Shown here: piece by piece, positions 1-10,199 of the stretch
Layout of the letters: every line of letters starts with the position of its first letter
Numbering within the stretch: the stretch's first letter is position 1
Origin: an uncultured Methanomicrobiales archaeon
GTDB taxonomy: Archaea; Halobacteriota; Methanomicrobia; Methanomicrobiales; Methanospirillaceae
DNA length: 64,000 nucleotides
Direction: 5' to 3'
Assembly (NCBI GenBank): GCA_963758915.1
Contig: CAVWXH010000016.1
Location: forward strand, 192,001 to 256,000
Notes under the pieces: model-generated
Database searches by the model: none
What the model was told of the DNA's origin: nothing
What the model saw: the letters and a program-made list of their open reading frames with translations, nothing else
Translations under genes and position numbers: made by a program

Positions 1-49
1 TGCATTTATCCATACTCATAATACTATAGCAGTTTAACGATTCAAGCGA

Positions 50-529
50 ATGAAGGTTATGGTAGGGGGCACATTTGATCCGCTGCATGATGGGCATAAA
101 CAGCTCCTCGCCCGTTCATTTGACCTCGCAACTTCTGATGGTACCGTCGTACTTGGCCTGACAACCGATGCATTCGCAAGCGCAAAAAACCATCCTGTAC
201 GCCCTTATAACGAAAGGGAAAGAAATGTATCCACATTTATTGAAAACCAGGGATATACAACAAAATGGCAGATCGAACCCTTATCCGATCGCTATGGTAC
301 AGCGCTGGATGCAGATTTTGATGCTATCGTAGTCTCGGAGGAGACGCTTCCTGCAGCAACAGAGATTAACCGTCTCCGCCATGCAGCAGGACTGCATAAG
401 GTCGATATTCACCAGATTACCTGCGTTCTCGCTGAAGACCGGCGCTGGATCTCCAGCACTCGGATATACCGTGGTGAAATTGACGAGCATGGACACCTGA
501 CGGGTATAAAACCCGACAGTACCCGTTGA
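50..529 (+). CDS. coaD: Phosphopantetheine adenylyltransferase (archaeal type)
   Basis: GGTFDPLHDGH (HxGH) motif, VVSEET and ISSTRI motifs. Confidence 0.9.
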   Translation: MKVMVGGTFDPLHDGHKQLLARSFDLATSDGTVVLGLTTDAFASAKNHPVRPYNERERNVSTFIENQGYTTKWQIEPLSDRYGTALDADFDAIVVSEETLPAATEINRLRHAAGLHKVDIHQITCVLAEDRRWISSTRIYRGEIDEHGHLTGIKPDSTR

Positions 530-691
530 TGATCATGCCGGGAAAGGCTATGAAGCCCAGGAAACAGGTGTAAATAGTCGGGAATAATGGGAAAACCGGG
601 ATCAATTACAAACCCCCGACAGTAATTCCTGCAAGGGAACTTTCCTGGCTCTTTAGCAACTGTTTTTAATGTGAACCAACGTTATCCCCGG

Positions 692-1162
692 TTATATCAT
701 ATGGCCCGTGATGTCGTTGGTGATAAGCCAGTCACAATACATGCAATGCAGCCCATTTGGAAGGACTTCAAACCTGCTGCTGACCGGTTCATGCGCGTTT
801 GTTATGCATCCCGGGTTTGGGCACCTGACAACACCAAGAAGAAATTTGGGACGCTCTACCCCGCCTTTGGCATAAACCTTGTAATCACGGATGATGTTGA
901 TTGAGACGCGGGGTGCAATAAGTGCGATACGGTCCATCTCCTCTTTTCGGAGTTCCCTGTTCTCAATTTTTACAATGTCTTTCCGTCCGATTTTCCCGCT
1001 TGTAACATTTGTGGCAACACTTACGGACTCTGTAGTAGTCCCGGTAATCCCGATTATTTTCAATACGTTCAGCGCCTCGCCTGATGTAATATGGTCGATG
1101 ACCGTACCATTTTTGATTGGGTTAATCAGGAGACCTTCAACCGGAGGCATAAGGGTCGTCAT
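692..1162 (-). CDS. pyrI: Aspartate carbamoyltransferase regulatory chain
   Basis: IKNGTVIDHI, Zn-binding CPNPGCITN...CMYCD; directly downstream of pyrB. Confidence 0.95.
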   Translation of the reverse strand: MTTLMPPVEGLLINPIKNGTVIDHITSGEALNVLKIIGITGTTTESVSVATNVTSGKIGRKDIVKIENRELRKEEMDRIALIAPRVSINIIRDYKVYAKGGVERPKFLLGVVRCPNPGCITNAHEPVSSRFEVLPNGLHCMYCDWLITNDITGHMI

Positions 1163-2055
1163 TTCAATACCTCCTGGAGCATCGCCATTCTCACCGGGAC
1201 CCCGTTTCTTGACTGTTCAAAATACCTTGCATAGGGGAGGTCATCCACCTCTGGTTCAATTTCATCCACGCGTGGGAGCGGGTGCAATACGATAAGGTGA
1301 CTCCTCACACCATCGAGAAGTCCGGTTGTTATCTTGTAACTGGAAGAGACATCGAAATACGATGCTGAATCAGGGAACCGCTCCCTCTGGATACGGGTCA
1401 CATAGAGGACGTCCAGTTCTTTAATGATGTCCTCAACATGCTCATGCTCGATCACTTCGGTACCACGGTCACGGAGTTCCCCGATAAGCGCGGAAGGGAG
1501 TTCCAGTCCTTTCGGTGATATCACATGGATCCGGCTGCGGTACAACGAGAGGGCATACGCCAGTGAATGTGCTGTCCTTCCGTACCTGAGGTCCCCAATC
1601 ATTCCCACATCGATCCCGTCGAGCGGCAGGGACTGTTGTATTGTATAGAGGTCGAGCAGGGTCTGTGACGGGTGCTGTCCTGCCCCATCCCCGGCATTGA
1701 TGACCGGGACAGAGGCAAATTCACTTGCGAGCCTGGCCGCACCTTCCTTTGGATGCCTAAGGACAATTGCATCGGCGTACCCGCTTACCACCCGTATGGT
1801 ATCGGCAAGGGTCTCTCCTTTTGCCATCGAACTCGCCTCGATACTTCCTACCGATATTGAAGTCCCACCGAGACGGGCCATTGCTGCCTCAAATGACATA
1901 CGGGTCCTGGTACTTGGCTCAAAGAATAGAAGTGCGAGGATTTTATCGCTTAATGAATTCGCATTAAAATGCTGTGACGCAATATGATTGGCGTGGTTGA
2001 TCAGTTCATCGATAAATTGTCGATCAAGATCACGTATTGATATGATATGCTTCAT
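1159..2055 (-). CDS. pyrB: Aspartate carbamoyltransferase catalytic chain
   Basis: FFEPSTRTRMSF, HPSQTLLD and HPLPR motifs. Confidence 0.97.
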   Translation of the reverse strand: MKHIISIRDLDRQFIDELINHANHIASQHFNANSLSDKILALLFFEPSTRTRMSFEAAMARLGGTSISVGSIEASSMAKGETLADTIRVVSGYADAIVLRHPKEGAARLASEFASVPVINAGDGAGQHPSQTLLDLYTIQQSLPLDGIDVGMIGDLRYGRTAHSLAYALSLYRSRIHVISPKGLELPSALIGELRDRGTEVIEHEHVEDIIKELDVLYVTRIQRERFPDSASYFDVSSSYKITTGLLDGVRSHLIVLHPLPRVDEIEPEVDDLPYARYFEQSRNGVPVRMAMLQEVLK

Positions 2056-2305
2056 TTAAAATCCCCATTCTCGTAATGGTCCACGGAATATCGCGCTCCA
2101 TCCCGTTACACAGAAGAAAATCCCCGGGTTGTACCCTACAGGGGTGATTTCTGCTGTGTGGCAGGACTATCATGATGCTATTATCCCGCCGTGATTATGA
2201 AGATATGGAATCATGCCACGGGATTAGGTCACCGGAGTCCCTGTATGGTACCTGACCCCGGATTGGTAACGATACTATTTAACCCGGCAATCAGGTACGT
2301 GGGTA

Positions 2306-3034
2306 TCAGACGAGCGGATTCAGATAGACTGACCGTGTAAAACTCTCCACTTGCGAGGCCATTTCGTCAAGTTCACGTTTATCAGAAGCAACCTGGTCAC
2401 GGTACATACTCGGGTATTGTGAAATCTCCTGTTCGTTGATGATATCGAGCGCATCCATTATCTGGAATTTGGCCTTCCTGAGTTCTGATTTCATTTTCAC
2501 CGGGTCCCCGATGGTTACATACTGTGTGGCATGCCACATGGTGGATACTCCCTCATATTTCAGGATGGTGTAATTCATGATTCCAATGAGTGTTTTTCTT
2601 TCATTTCTTTCAGTCTCACTAACTGGGTTTATCGTGTAAAGGTCAGACCTTAATGACTCAATTCTCTGGACAGCTCCGGGGATCAGCAGGTATCGGAGGT
2701 GATTGACATCATCACTCTTGGAAAAATCAAGTTTCAGGTACTGCTCATTGGTGTCAGTGTTAATGACCCGGAGAGTTTTCCATGCCTTATCAAGTCTGTC
2801 TTTGTTAGTCTCTTCAATATTCCCATTATATTGGTCTCCCTTGCCCTGGTTTTCAGGAGATGTGTTATTCGGGAGAGCTGTAACCATGTCCGGGCTTATG
2901 ACTGCAGGGTTGTCTGAATTGTTGCCATGAAGTGACAGGCCGGTACCCGTGCATCCACAGAGAAGGGTGAAAACAAGAAGGATAAGAGTAAAACTACTCA
3001 TATAGAAGTATTTTTTATGTCTCTGGAATGACAT
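2306..3034 (-). CDS. Hypothetical lipoprotein (start uncertain)
   Basis: Basic N-region, hydrophobic stretch, LLCGC lipobox-like motif, helical C-terminal region. Confidence 0.6.
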   Translation of the reverse strand: MSFQRHKKYFYMSSFTLILLVFTLLCGCTGTGLSLHGNNSDNPAVISPDMVTALPNNTSPENQGKGDQYNGNIEETNKDRLDKAWKTLRVINTDTNEQYLKLDFSKSDDVNHLRYLLIPGAVQRIESLRSDLYTINPVSETERNERKTLIGIMNYTILKYEGVSTMWHATQYVTIGDPVKMKSELRKAKFQIMDALDIINEQEISQYPSMYRDQVASDKRELDEMASQVESFTRSVYLNPLV

Positions 3035-3226
3035 GCTGACTAATTTTCTTCTTGTTAGCCAATAAACATTCTGGCTTAACAATTACCTGTTACAAACAAT
3101 CATTTTTTTAATACAAAGCAGAATCACAGGGTTATTGAAATATCTTCTGTACTATGTTCTCTTATTGCCATTTATTGGGGATGAGGGTTTCATTTGACGA
3201 TTGGTGTCTGATATATTTGAATTCCC

Positions 3227-3477
3227 GGCTCTGTCGAAATGCTCTCAAATTCATCGAGTGGATTAGGGTATTCTCAAATTTACCGACGTAACGGCGGCTT
3301 CGTCGAGCACCCTGGTAACCCCGGTTGGGATAGGGAATGGCCTTTCGCTCCCTGAAATTTTCAGGAATCCTGCACAAAGGATATCTTGTCGTGGGTCGGA
3401 CAGGGACCAGGTGAAACCCCCTCCTGTCTGCGAATATTTCCTTCCTATTTCTAAAAATGCAGTGTTAAAACAAAGCC
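3227..3477. mobile_element. Degenerate MITE with IS5/IS903-like ends (copy 1)
   Basis: Begins GGCTCTGTCGAA and ends AAAACAAAGCC (imperfect inverted repeat); interior aligns by eye with 35428-35685 and 36475-36598. Confidence 0.55.
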
Positions 3478-3559
3478 GGATATCCTGAATGTACCTGCTG
3501 TCAGACCCCAAAAAAGAAACTTTGGCGGCGTGACCCTTGTTCAGGGATCTGCTTCCCGG

Positions 3560-5104
3560 TTATCGCCTGCAAGGCCTGTTCCCGGCTGGCTCGATCCGTG
3601 TTGCCCTTGTTATAAGGAGATTATATGAGTCGTGTTGCGGGTTATATCTGACCAGCACACCGGAAATATCGACCTGTTCCGCGTAGCCGGCTTTCATGAT
3701 ATATTCATTTTCAGATGAAAGATGGTATGACGGCATCACGGCATACACAGGTTTTTGTGGCGTCCCGTCGCAGAGTTTCCAGAGGTGGGTCTTGCTGTTG
3801 CCAAGGTCCCCGGACATAACCGCTGCACCGGTATTGATCCTCCTGTCGACATGGCGTGAAAGCGTCGATAATGCCGCCGTCTTTTTCCGGGCTCCGGTTG
3901 TATAATCCGATGCCTTGTTAGACGGACTTTTTTTCAGGACTGCATAGGAATACTTGATATCCGTATTGAGGAAGCGGTATGACTCCTTGCACGAGGCGAC
4001 CAGTTCCATCAGACGGGTAGGCCGTAGTGGCGGCTTTTCTATGAAACTCCAACAATGCTGTGAATTACAGGTCTTTGTCCATCCTGGAGGACAGGGTGCA
4101 ATGACGTCGAGTCCGGACATGGCGAGTTCCTGGACCGTCTGTCTCATAGTTGTTGAATTAACCATGTCTGCGGGCTCGGTGATCACCAGTACACCGTCCT
4201 GTGACAACACTTCTGACAGGACCTTTACCCGGGCTGCCCTTTGCCTGACCGTCAGCCCTGTAAGTTCATTCAGGACATTCTGGAACACGAGCAGGTCAAC
4301 GTCACGTGGAAGGGCCCCTGTAGAGACCGTGGTGAGGTCTTCAGGTAATGGATCTTTTATAGTGATTCCCGCGACACCGTCTGAAAACCTTCTGGTAAGG
4401 AACGTAAATGCCTCGCGCTGCTCCCCTGAGAGTTCAACAGCATGGAGTGTGGCGTTACCATGTCCGGAACGCGAGAGGAAATCTATCGTCGCTAACGCTG
4501 CCACCCCCGGGCCGCTTCCAATATCAAGGATTGTCATGTCCTCTTTGAGGAGTCCGTAAGAGACAAGCATTCCGAGAATATGTTCAAACTGGATGAAATA
4601 TACAGGGAACTGGTAGGCAAGGTATGCAAATATCCGATACCCCTGCTCATACTGGACCTTTTTCTTCAACCCTTCCCGCCAGTAATCTCCTTTCTGGGCG
4701 ATGACTGCCTGGCGTATTCTTTCAAGAATAACAGGGTCGTCCCACTGTTTTCCGGTCTTTTTTGTGATATATTCCCTGATCAGTTCATCAAGTGGCCGTG
4801 GGACTTTTGGTTCCCCGAAAAATCTCCAGTGCCGCTTCTTATCCTCTGGTGTAAGTGTAAGTTTTTCTTTTACCAGTCCCTTTGAACAGGTAGATATTTC
4901 ATAATCACTCCCTGTGTTTTTCATTGAAAGGCCGAGGTCTGGAAGCTGCTGTTGAATTTTTTCAATAAGGTCCACCGTACAACTATCTTTTTTTGCACCC
5001 TTTAATCCCGGAATAACTTCGGAAAGCATGAAAGTCGTTCTCTCTTTTGATAACCGGCTTATTTTTGAGAAAACGTCATGGTCTGACATCAGCAGTATAT
5101 GCAC
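3560..5104 (-). CDS. Class I SAM-dependent methyltransferase, Rsm22/METTL17-like
   Basis: ILDIGSGPG motif I, NVLNEL, VITEPA, IAPCP..C..CWSF. Confidence 0.7.
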   Translation of the reverse strand: MHILLMSDHDVFSKISRLSKERTTFMLSEVIPGLKGAKKDSCTVDLIEKIQQQLPDLGLSMKNTGSDYEISTCSKGLVKEKLTLTPEDKKRHWRFFGEPKVPRPLDELIREYITKKTGKQWDDPVILERIRQAVIAQKGDYWREGLKKKVQYEQGYRIFAYLAYQFPVYFIQFEHILGMLVSYGLLKEDMTILDIGSGPGVAALATIDFLSRSGHGNATLHAVELSGEQREAFTFLTRRFSDGVAGITIKDPLPEDLTTVSTGALPRDVDLLVFQNVLNELTGLTVRQRAARVKVLSEVLSQDGVLVITEPADMVNSTTMRQTVQELAMSGLDVIAPCPPGWTKTCNSQHCWSFIEKPPLRPTRLMELVASCKESYRFLNTDIKYSYAVLKKSPSNKASDYTTGARKKTAALSTLSRHVDRRINTGAAVMSGDLGNSKTHLWKLCDGTPQKPVYAVMPSYHLSSENEYIMKAGYAEQVDISGVLVRYNPQHDSYNLLITRATRIEPAGNRPCRR

Positions 5105-5360
5105 GAGCTAAGTGGATAAGCATAATGGTTACTAATGGGGTTGCCAGGAACCGGGCAATAGCTGACTCTCCCTGTCAACCGGATGACGTTATCGGGTGTA
5201 ATGAAACAGCGACAATTATATTGTGCCAATGCCGTATTCCTGTGTCAGGTTATCATTATGGCCGCCAGCCTATTCCTGGTTTTAAAAGACACTTACCCCT
5301 GACATCAATGGTGCCGGGAATACGAAAGAATTATCCGGCAGGGTACAAAAAATATTCCTG

Positions 5361-5741
5361 ATGACACTTATTTTTATTATCGAAGATAATGAAAATATCG
5401 CTGATAGCCTGGCCTATTTTATCAAGTACCTTGCCCATTATGACACTCTTATTGCTAACTCGGCAGAGGTAGCGTATGATACCCTTATGAAGGGTGTAAA
5501 TCCTGATCTTATCCTCCTCGATGTAAAACTTCCCGGGATGGACGGAATTGATTTTCTTTCCAGGATCCACAGGGATCCCAAACTGAAGGATGCAAAGGTA
5601 ATAATTTATACCGGTATGCCGGAGAACAAAGTCCGTGAAGAGCTTGAAGGGAGAAATATTTTTGTTCACCATATTATCCAGAAGCCGGCAAGTCCAGCAG
5701 GCCTGATTGCTACTATTGACGCAGAACTGAAAGGAAAATAA
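5361..5741 (+). CDS. Stand-alone response regulator receiver (CheY-like)
   Basis: IIEDN, DLILLDVKLPGMDG, IYTG and QKP motifs. Confidence 0.9.
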   Translation: MTLIFIIEDNENIADSLAYFIKYLAHYDTLIANSAEVAYDTLMKGVNPDLILLDVKLPGMDGIDFLSRIHRDPKLKDAKVIIYTGMPENKVREELEGRNIFVHHIIQKPASPAGLIATIDAELKGK

Positions 5742-5970
5742 TCGCATACCAATTTGTGTGTTTTTTTATGTACTGGTGTACCCGTCACCTGAAAAAATGA
5801 ATTCTTATTACCAATTTCTAAATTGGAGAGTTTAGGTGACGAATCTCGCGTTCACCCATGAATTAATTCGGTAATTCCGGTAATGGCATAACCGTTAATT
5901 CAAGTGCCGCCGGGAGGAGACTCTTCCTGGACAAAAAAAACCGGCATTATTGCCACGGATAAAAAAAATA

Positions 5971-6528
5971 TTATTTCCCCGGGGACATCAGATAGGCACC
6001 CGCACCCAGGGCCCATATGATCAGTGGGTAGGCAATCATTCGTTCCATACCCCCTATACCCAGCCCGAGATAGATTTTTGATGCGAGGAGTATCGTTGCG
6101 ACGAGAGTTATAATGCCGAATATCGGTGAAAGAAGGGAAAAAGGTCCTCTGAACACTTTATATCCGGTGATCGCACAAAGCCCGCCTGATACAAATACGA
6201 TTCCGGCTGCAATTACATGCGGTACTCCCAGTGTTTCCGGGATAAGCCCGACAAGGGTCGCCCCGGCCCCTGCAAGTCCGAGGAGTATGGTGAAATACCT
6301 GTTTGTGCCGATGTTCAGCAACAGATATGCGCTGATAATGAGGGATATGCCGAAAATGAAAATAGTTGAATTAAACAACCATGCAGCAGGGCCTACCCCA
6401 AGGTCACTGATAACCTGCGTTACATGGTACCCGGGATACAAGGCTTCGGATACGATGATACCCAAAAAAAATGTGGCAGTTCCGACAAAGGTCAGCATTC
6501 CCGCTAGCAGTTTATTTGTATATTTCAT
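5971..6528 (-). CDS. DUF998 family membrane protein
   Basis: EALYPGY..ISDLG, several TM segments, GGMERM. Confidence 0.75.
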   Translation of the reverse strand: MKYTNKLLAGMLTFVGTATFFLGIIVSEALYPGYHVTQVISDLGVGPAAWLFNSTIFIFGISLIISAYLLLNIGTNRYFTILLGLAGAGATLVGLIPETLGVPHVIAAGIVFVSGGLCAITGYKVFRGPFSLLSPIFGIITLVATILLASKIYLGLGIGGMERMIAYPLIIWALGAGAYLMSPGK

Positions 6529-6691
6529 GAAAATGATAACCTCCGAGGTAACGATGGGTTTATTGGATATTAGAGGATTGCGAATTAACCAGCGACTGTA
6601 TAACCTTCATCTGTTCAAAACAACAGACTTTCCAATATCCCGGTCTGTCGAGCTTGCTGCTTAATATGGAGAAAGGAGATTATTATCTCTG

Positions 6692-8230
6692 ATGAATATT
6701 CCGCTTCGCCTGCAACAGATTGAAAAAGAGATTGGGCATCTGTCACCAGTGCAAAAAATCCTCCTGGGGACTGATGGCTCAGTAACCCAGTTACTTGAGG
6801 CAATCACCGGAAAACAGATAGTAATAACGACCAGAGTACAGGAAATTATTTCTGCAACTCCCGAGATTGCCCAAAAACTGGAAATATTGGCAGGAAGTCA
6901 CGTCAACCACCGGGTTGTTGAAATAAAAAATGATGATTCCGGGGAGGTGTTAATCTATGCAATTTCATATACCCCAATTGATCGACTGCCACCCGGATTC
7001 CGTAATGACCTTATCAGGGCGGATATCCCCATCGGGAAAATAATTGCCCAACACAGGATAGAAGCCCGCCGTGAAATTCTCTATGCTGATGTAAGGCCTG
7101 CTTCAGGAGAACCAGCAGCGATATTCAGAATGTTTCGGAATGAGCCACTCCTATCAAGAGAATACCAGATAATTCATGGAGGGCAGCCGCTTATTATCAT
7201 CCAGGAGCAATTTCCCTATCATAAATTCCTCGATGAGCGCCGGGTAATTATTGAGACGCCCTCCCGCCTCCATGTAAGTCTGATAGACATGAATGGTATG
7301 GCTGGAAGAGTGGACGGGGGAATTGGAATTGCACTTGAAGAACCCAGTTTACTTCTAGAAGCACGGCTAGCTGGTGAAATAGCAGTAAAAGGAGGTGATG
7401 AATGGTTCAGTAACACTGTCCTTTCAGTGGCCAGAAATGTCCTTGATCAGCTTAAAATCAAGGGAGGTATTGAGTTCACACTTCGAAACCACTTCAGGCA
7501 ACATGCCGGTCTGGGTAGCGGAACGCAGGTTGCACTTGCAACGGCACGGGCGATATGTGAGTTATATGACCGACGACATACAACCAGTGAACTTGCAATC
7601 CTTACCGGACGTGGTGGGACCTCAGGGATTGGAACAGGTGCATTTGAGTTTGGAGGCTTTTTAATCGACGGGGGGCATAATTTTGGCCCGGGCAAGGAAA
7701 AAACAGTGTTCTCTCCTTCCGGGGCATCCAGGGGGGTACACCCTGCTCGTGTAATAGTCCACCATGATTTTCCCCCGGACTGGAACATTCTCCTCGCGAT
7801 CCCCAACCTTCCGCCCGGTGCAAGCGGTGTACGGGAGCAGGATATTTTTTCGCATTATTGTCCAGTTCCTGGTGAAGAAGTACGGGAGATCTGCTATGAA
7901 ATACTCATGCATATGATCCCTGGCATCGTGGAACATGATCTTGATCTTTTCGCACGTGCTGTCAACAGGGTCCAGGATCTCGGATTTAAACAAGTGGAAC
8001 TTGGTCTCCAGCACAAGGATATCCGGGCTTTGTTCAGGATAATGCTTGATGCAGGAGCTGCCTGTGCAGGAATGAGTTCATTCGGCCCTACCCTTTATGC
8101 GATAGGTGATTCTGATTTACTCGCTGTAAACGAGGCAGTTGTAAAACACATGGGACCGCTCGGGGGCGGTACCACCATTCTCACCAGCGCGAGGAATACC
8201 GGTGCTTCTGTCCGTTGCGTGGGAACCTGA
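6692..8230 (+). CDS. Fusion of DUF98/chorismate pyruvate-lyase domain and beta-ribofuranosylaminobenzene 5'-phosphate (RFAP) synthase
   Basis: N-terminal LLGTDGSVTQLLE...ADIPIGKI; C-terminal TPSRLH, HAGLGSGTQ, GRGGTSGIG, GMSSFGP (GHMP-fold RFAP synthase). Confidence 0.88.
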   Translation: MNIPLRLQQIEKEIGHLSPVQKILLGTDGSVTQLLEAITGKQIVITTRVQEIISATPEIAQKLEILAGSHVNHRVVEIKNDDSGEVLIYAISYTPIDRLPPGFRNDLIRADIPIGKIIAQHRIEARREILYADVRPASGEPAAIFRMFRNEPLLSREYQIIHGGQPLIIIQEQFPYHKFLDERRVIIETPSRLHVSLIDMNGMAGRVDGGIGIALEEPSLLLEARLAGEIAVKGGDEWFSNTVLSVARNVLDQLKIKGGIEFTLRNHFRQHAGLGSGTQVALATARAICELYDRRHTTSELAILTGRGGTSGIGTGAFEFGGFLIDGGHNFGPGKEKTVFSPSGASRGVHPARVIVHHDFPPDWNILLAIPNLPPGASGVREQDIFSHYCPVPGEEVREICYEILMHMIPGIVEHDLDLFARAVNRVQDLGFKQVELGLQHKDIRALFRIMLDAGAACAGMSSFGPTLYAIGDSDLLAVNEAVVKHMGPLGGGTTILTSARNTGASVRCVGT

Positions 8231-8463
8231 CAGGGCTGGTAGCAACCGGGTTAGGTACTCCGTTCTGAAATCATCGATGTTGTCTTCAGAAAGATCACGG
8301 TGTACCGATAGTACCGTTCCATGAGTAATGCAGAGTTTTTTAGCAATAGCCCGGGTAGAAAAGTCCTCCCTGATGTGTAACATATGTGGAAGATTGTCAT
8401 AAGGATAGGCCGGAAAAGTACTAATATAAAATGTGAGTAGAATCTTTGAATTTGATGTTCAAA

Positions 8464-8535
8464 AGCCGCTGGAGGGATTTGAACCCTCGACCTGCTGATT
8501 ACGAATCAGCCGCTATACCCCTAAGCCACGGCGGC
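8464..8535 (-). tRNA. tRNA-Thr(CGT)
   Basis: Reverse complement GCCGCCGTGGCTTAGGGGTATAGCGGCTGATT-CGT-AATCAGCAGGTCGAGGGTTCAAATCCCTCCAGCGGC folds as a cloverleaf. Confidence 0.95.
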
Positions 8536-8618
8536 AAAAATATCCCATATCTATTGTAGTTCAGCATTTATTAACATTTAGAGTGGTATGCCGGGATACG
8601 TCCTGAAAAAAACCGGTA

Positions 8619-8915
8619 TCAGGAGTAACCCCTGATCGTCGTTACGTTATCAACCGACGGGCGCTCTCCTTTGGGCTCTATCTTGCCGAATTTTGATTCA
8701 AAATCTGCCATTGTTTTTTCAAGGACTGCAAGGAGGTTCTTTGCATGGGTAGGGGTAATACTCACTATAGCCTTGGCCCTTGCCTGGTTAACACCGGGTA
8801 GCTGGTGAAGGAAGACAAAGGTGAATTCATCTTCCTTGTACGCTATCTGGATCATGTTGCTATAGACCGGGTCGAGAGTCTGTGGAATATTTACGGATAT
8901 TTCCTGATTTGTCAT
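8619..8915 (-). CDS. DUF3467 family protein
   Basis: PVYSNM...EFTFVF...ITPTHAKNLLAVL...FESKFGKI pattern. Confidence 0.75.
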   Translation of the reverse strand: MTNQEISVNIPQTLDPVYSNMIQIAYKEDEFTFVFLHQLPGVNQARAKAIVSITPTHAKNLLAVLEKTMADFESKFGKIEPKGERPSVDNVTTIRGYS

Positions 8916-9201
8916 ACCAGATACTATTGTTCTGAATTCATAAAAACAGTACTAATTTTTTACAAAGGTTCTGGGGTTTGCTTCGTCATGAAAGGATGTA
9001 ATGTAACATACGACTCCCTTCTTTCACCATCGTTATTCATACCGGGGTGTTGGGATAACCAGCAGCCTGCAACAAATAAAGTATCAATTTGCTGTTTTTT
9101 CCAATTCCAAATGATCCAGTATAGTCATTGAGTGAAGATAATGGTATACATTATCATGCATCACTGTAAAGATTAATACTGTTAAGAGGGATGTATTCAT
9201 C

Positions 9202-9633
9202 ATGGCTCAGGATAGTGGTAGAATAAAGAGAAAAGAGATCAGGATACAAATTCCTATTTTTTTCAAACTCATGATTAGCATGCTGTTTGTCGCAACAATC
9301 CCGATATTTCTTCTGGGAATTGTTTCAATGGGAGGTACTGCAAGTATAACAGCAAGTTTGGGTCTCCAGACGACAATTATTCTTCTGACTGTAGTCACCC
9401 TCGCCATCGTCCTTATGTGGAGTTTTTTCCTGGCAAGCAGTATTACGAGCCCTATTGTCAAACTATCAACTATTGCGCAACATATGAGCCAGGGGGAGAT
9501 AAAAACCGCAGAAATTGATGTAATGTCAAATGATGAAATAGGTGAGCTCGTAACTTCGTTTAACAAACTTATTAACACCTACCGCATTCTCGACACACTC
9601 GCAAAGGATGATACCGGTAATAAAGAGGCCTGA
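9202..9633 (+). CDS. Two-TM HAMP-domain protein with no output domain
   Basis: Two hydrophobic helices, then ITSPIVKL...SNDEIGELVTSFNKL. Confidence 0.85.
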   Translation: MAQDSGRIKRKEIRIQIPIFFKLMISMLFVATIPIFLLGIVSMGGTASITASLGLQTTIILLTVVTLAIVLMWSFFLASSITSPIVKLSTIAQHMSQGEIKTAEIDVMSNDEIGELVTSFNKLINTYRILDTLAKDDTGNKEA

Positions 9634-9851
9634 TTAAACGAGGTGAAAATTTTTTCCACCTCCTTTTTGAGATTCCCCGGTTGCTGGTTTAAGCATTCAT
9701 CGTTTTAGGGACATGAGTAATAAGGCCCTCTCCAGGTTTCAGGTGTCAGCCATGCCGGAGTCCAGACCAGTTTTTATACCGTTACTCTGCATGGCCTTCA
9801 TAGACAGTGATATGTATAAAAAGAAGAGACCACAATAATTGAAAAGCGGTT

Positions 9852-10199
9852 ATGTTCGAAGATATCCTTAATAAATTCTTAATAATTGACGGCGTTTCAT
9901 CTGTTACAATTATCCGGGATAATGGAGAGGTTGTGGAAAGCCAGAAAACCGGAGATTTCGATGATGGCCAGCTTGCGGCAGTGATCTCGTTTGTCCTTGA
10001 AGAGTCAAAATCAATGGCTTCAAAACTTGGAAAAGAACCGCTTTCAATGGTATTCATTGAATTCCGTGATCATATCCTCCTCTCCGCACCGTTAAAAGAA
10101 CATACATTCATCGTATTAATTGCAAAACCAAGTGCGAATATAGCCCAGATAAACCTGGAACTGAAAAAGAACCGGGATAAATTATCCATGATATTATGA
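9852..10199 (+). CDS. Roadblock/LC7 domain protein
   Basis: 115 aa; IDGVSSVTIIRDNGEVV...LAAVIS...LGKEPLSMVFIEF pattern. Confidence 0.8.
   Translation: MFEDILNKFLIIDGVSSVTIIRDNGEVVESQKTGDFDDGQLAAVISFVLEESKSMASKLGKEPLSMVFIEFRDHILLSAPLKEHTFIVLIAKPSANIAQINLELKKNRDKLSMIL

Noticed and set aside
2056-2300. Leader peptide or attenuator upstream of pyrB
   Set aside because: A short ORF and small hairpins exist, but there is no convincing terminator or other supporting signal.
3162-3511. Short ORFs 3162-3377 and 3263-3511
   Set aside because: They lie on the MITE-like repeat and show no protein features.
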